From: Actinomycetota bacterium
GTDB taxonomy: Bacteria > Actinomycetota > Thermoleophilia > Solirubrobacterales > Thermoleophilaceae
Length of the DNA: 64,000 bases
Direction: 5' to 3'
NCBI GenBank assembly: GCA_046726915.1
Contig: JBKPBS010000008.1
Span: 10-64,009 of the forward strand
Each line of letters begins with the position of its first letter. Positions within the stretch are counted from its first letter, which is position 1. The notes beneath the pieces were generated by a model. It did no database searches. It was given only the letters and a program-made list of their open reading frames with translations, and was not told the origin of the DNA. The position numbers and the translations under genes were made by a program. Below are positions 62,638 through 64,000 of the stretch, piece after piece.

Positions 62638-63867
62638 ATGGAGCCGGCAGGCACCCTCGCTCCGCTTCTGCCCTCCGTCTGCGCGATCGTGCTGGCGGGA
62701 TTCGTGCTGCACCAACGCAAGCGCATCGCGGGCCTGCGCGCCCGCATCGCCGGCTCGAACCGCACCGACCCGCTCACCGGGCTCTTCAACCGTCGCGCCT
62801 TCGAGGAGCTGCTCGAGCTCGAGCTCGAGCGCGCCACGCGTGCCGGCCGCCCGATGTCCGTGATCGTCGGCGACATCGACGGCTTCCGCGCGGTCAACGA
62901 GCGGCACGGCCACGCGGCCGGCGACACGGCGCTTCAGGCCGTGGCCCAGAACGCGCTCAAGTGGAAGCGCCGCATCGACGTCGCGGCGCGGATCGGCGGC
63001 GAGGAGTTCGCGCTGCTGCTTCCGGAGACGGACGAGCGCGGCGCCTTCATCGTGGCCGAGCGACTGCGCCGAGCCACCCACCGCAGCTTCAACGAGGCGG
63101 CCCCCGGCGTCACGTTCAGCTTCGGGGTCGCGACCGCACCGGCTCACGCCACAGACGGAGTCGGCCTGCTGAGAGCGGCCGACAGCGCCACCGCCGCCGC
63201 CAAGGACCTGGGCGGCGACCGCACGGTCATCTACAGCGACGAGATTGCGCGCATGCTCGCCGAGGCGGGTGCGGCCGCCGGCGGCGAGCTCCAGCTGGCG
63301 ACGGTGATAGCGCTCGCCGAGGCACTCGACATCCGCGACACCGGCACGGGCCAGCACTCGCACACGGTCGGCCGCTACGCGGAGCTGATGGCGCGCGAGC
63401 TCGGGTTCGAGGAGGACCGCGTCGAGCGCATCCGCCTCGCCGGCGTGCTTCACGACATCGGCAAGATCGGCATCTCGGATCGCCTGCTCTCGAAGCCCGG
63501 CCCGCTCGACGCGGACGAGTGGCAGGAGATGTTCACGCATCCGGAGATCGGGGCGCGCCTCCTGTCGCGGCCCGAGTTCGACGACCTGCGCGCCTGGATC
63601 CTCGCCCACCATGAGCGCCCCGACGGGCTCGGCTACCCCCACGCCCTCAGGGCGGGCGAGATCCCCCTGGAGTCGCGCATCCTCGCGGTCGCGGACGCCT
63701 ACGAGGCCATGACCGCGGACCGCGTCTACCGCCCAGCCCTAGGCGAGGATGCCGCGCGCGCCGAGCTCGAGGCCGGCGCGGGCACACAGTTCGACGCGCG
63801 GGTCGTCGAAGCACTGCTGCGGGTACTCGACGCGAGCCGCGCCCGCCGCCTGCGCCGCGTGGCCTAG
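62638..63867 (+). CDS. GGDEF plus HD-GYP domain protein (shorter paralogue, one TM)
   Basis: TDPLTGLFNRRAF...VGDIDGFRAVNERHGHAAGD...RIGGEEFAL, then HSHTVG...VLHDIGKI...HHERPDGLGYP. Confidence 0.9.
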   Translation: MEPAGTLAPLLPSVCAIVLAGFVLHQRKRIAGLRARIAGSNRTDPLTGLFNRRAFEELLELELERATRAGRPMSVIVGDIDGFRAVNERHGHAAGDTALQAVAQNALKWKRRIDVAARIGGEEFALLLPETDERGAFIVAERLRRATHRSFNEAAPGVTFSFGVATAPAHATDGVGLLRAADSATAAAKDLGGDRTVIYSDEIARMLAEAGAAAGGELQLATVIALAEALDIRDTGTGQHSHTVGRYAELMARELGFEEDRVERIRLAGVLHDIGKIGISDRLLSKPGPLDADEWQEMFTHPEIGARLLSRPEFDDLRAWILAHHERPDGLGYPHALRAGEIPLESRILAVADAYEAMTADRVYRPALGEDAARAELEAGAGTQFDARVVEALLRVLDASRARRLRRVA

Positions 63868-64000
63868 GTGTCCTGCTCGCGGACCTGCTGGACGCGGCTG
63901 ATCGGGGGTCGGCCGCGGGCGGCTGAGTGCGGGCGCCTGCGGTTGTAGAAGCGCAGGAACGATGACAGCGCGCGGTCGCGCGTAGCGGAGTCGGACCAGA
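63864..64000 (-). mobile_element. IS481-type (rve integrase-core) transposase gene, 3' end only (continues beyond the right edge)
   Basis: The reverse strand reads ...ALSSFLRFYNRRRPHSAARGRPPISRVQQVREQDT*. The YNxxRPHxxxxGxxP(I)xR tail is typical of IS481/IS3-class DDE transposases. Its stop overlaps the stop of the convergent gene (CTAG). Confidence 0.7.

Noticed and set aside
1-64000. CRISPR arrays, tRNA, rRNA, tmRNA, RNase P and SRP RNA
   Set aside because: By eye I found no regularly spaced direct repeats, no T-loop GGTTCGAAT-type or acceptor-stem patterns, and no GAGGAAAGUCCGG-type (RNase P) or SRP domain-IV-type conserved blocks. Negative calls by eye are weak; tRNAscan, Infernal and a CRISPR finder should confirm.

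Overview
High-GC actinobacterial-type chromosomal window; the lineage (possibly a deep-branching Thermoleophilia/Rubrobacteria-like organism) is inferred from composition and gene content only. It holds about 60 tightly packed protein genes. Many are translationally coupled through ATGA, GTGA or TGATG start/stop overlaps. I found no rRNA, tRNA or CRISPR array. Most long ORFs in the six-frame track are antisense or out-of-frame GC artefacts. I kept only frames whose translations show recognisable family motifs or clear signal-peptide/TM architecture. Left to right, the recognisable content is: acyl-CoA dehydrogenase; Tim44-like membrane protein; GcvH-like protein; EamA transporter; a small operon (tiny TM protein, Cys-rich HxxDWE protein, NYN nuclease); an SCP2-hydrolase plus P450 operon; a ROK regulator with a xylFGH-like sugar ABC transporter and a Gfo/Idh/MocA oxidoreductase; two TadE-leader proteins; a patatin / acyltransferase / SRPBCC-acyl-CoA-synthetase lipid cluster; an Rpf-like muralytic gene with a perfect CRP-type site; pepA; thiolase; HAD hydrolase; two tandem secreted paralogues; a GH63-like hydrolase; a split methylmalonyl-CoA mutase interrupted by two cell-surface protein genes (a repeat protein and a sortase-type anchored amicyanin-like cupredoxin); a MarR/MFS pair; etfBA plus ETF-QO; gpsA; the rpmE-DUF1385-prfA-prmC-tsaC cluster; a TetR-MBL-SRPBCC operon; glyA; fetAB-like; a glycan cluster (DUF354, sugar transferase, AsnB, GT4); a radical SAM gene carrying a full LAGLIDADG intein inside its Fe-S cysteine motif; YjbQ; two tandem GGDEF/HD-GYP proteins; and the 3' end of an IS481-type transposase at the right edge. 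The most interesting items are the intein placement, the two HxxDWE (Vps62/NLP-like) Cys-rich proteins in unusual contexts (one coupled to a NYN nuclease, one behind a TadE-type leader), the surface-protein island splitting the mutase genes, the CRP site and structured region upstream of rpf, and a TTGAC-N6-GTCAA palindrome present on both sides of the MFS gene. All family calls come from motif recognition by eye. No database search was run.
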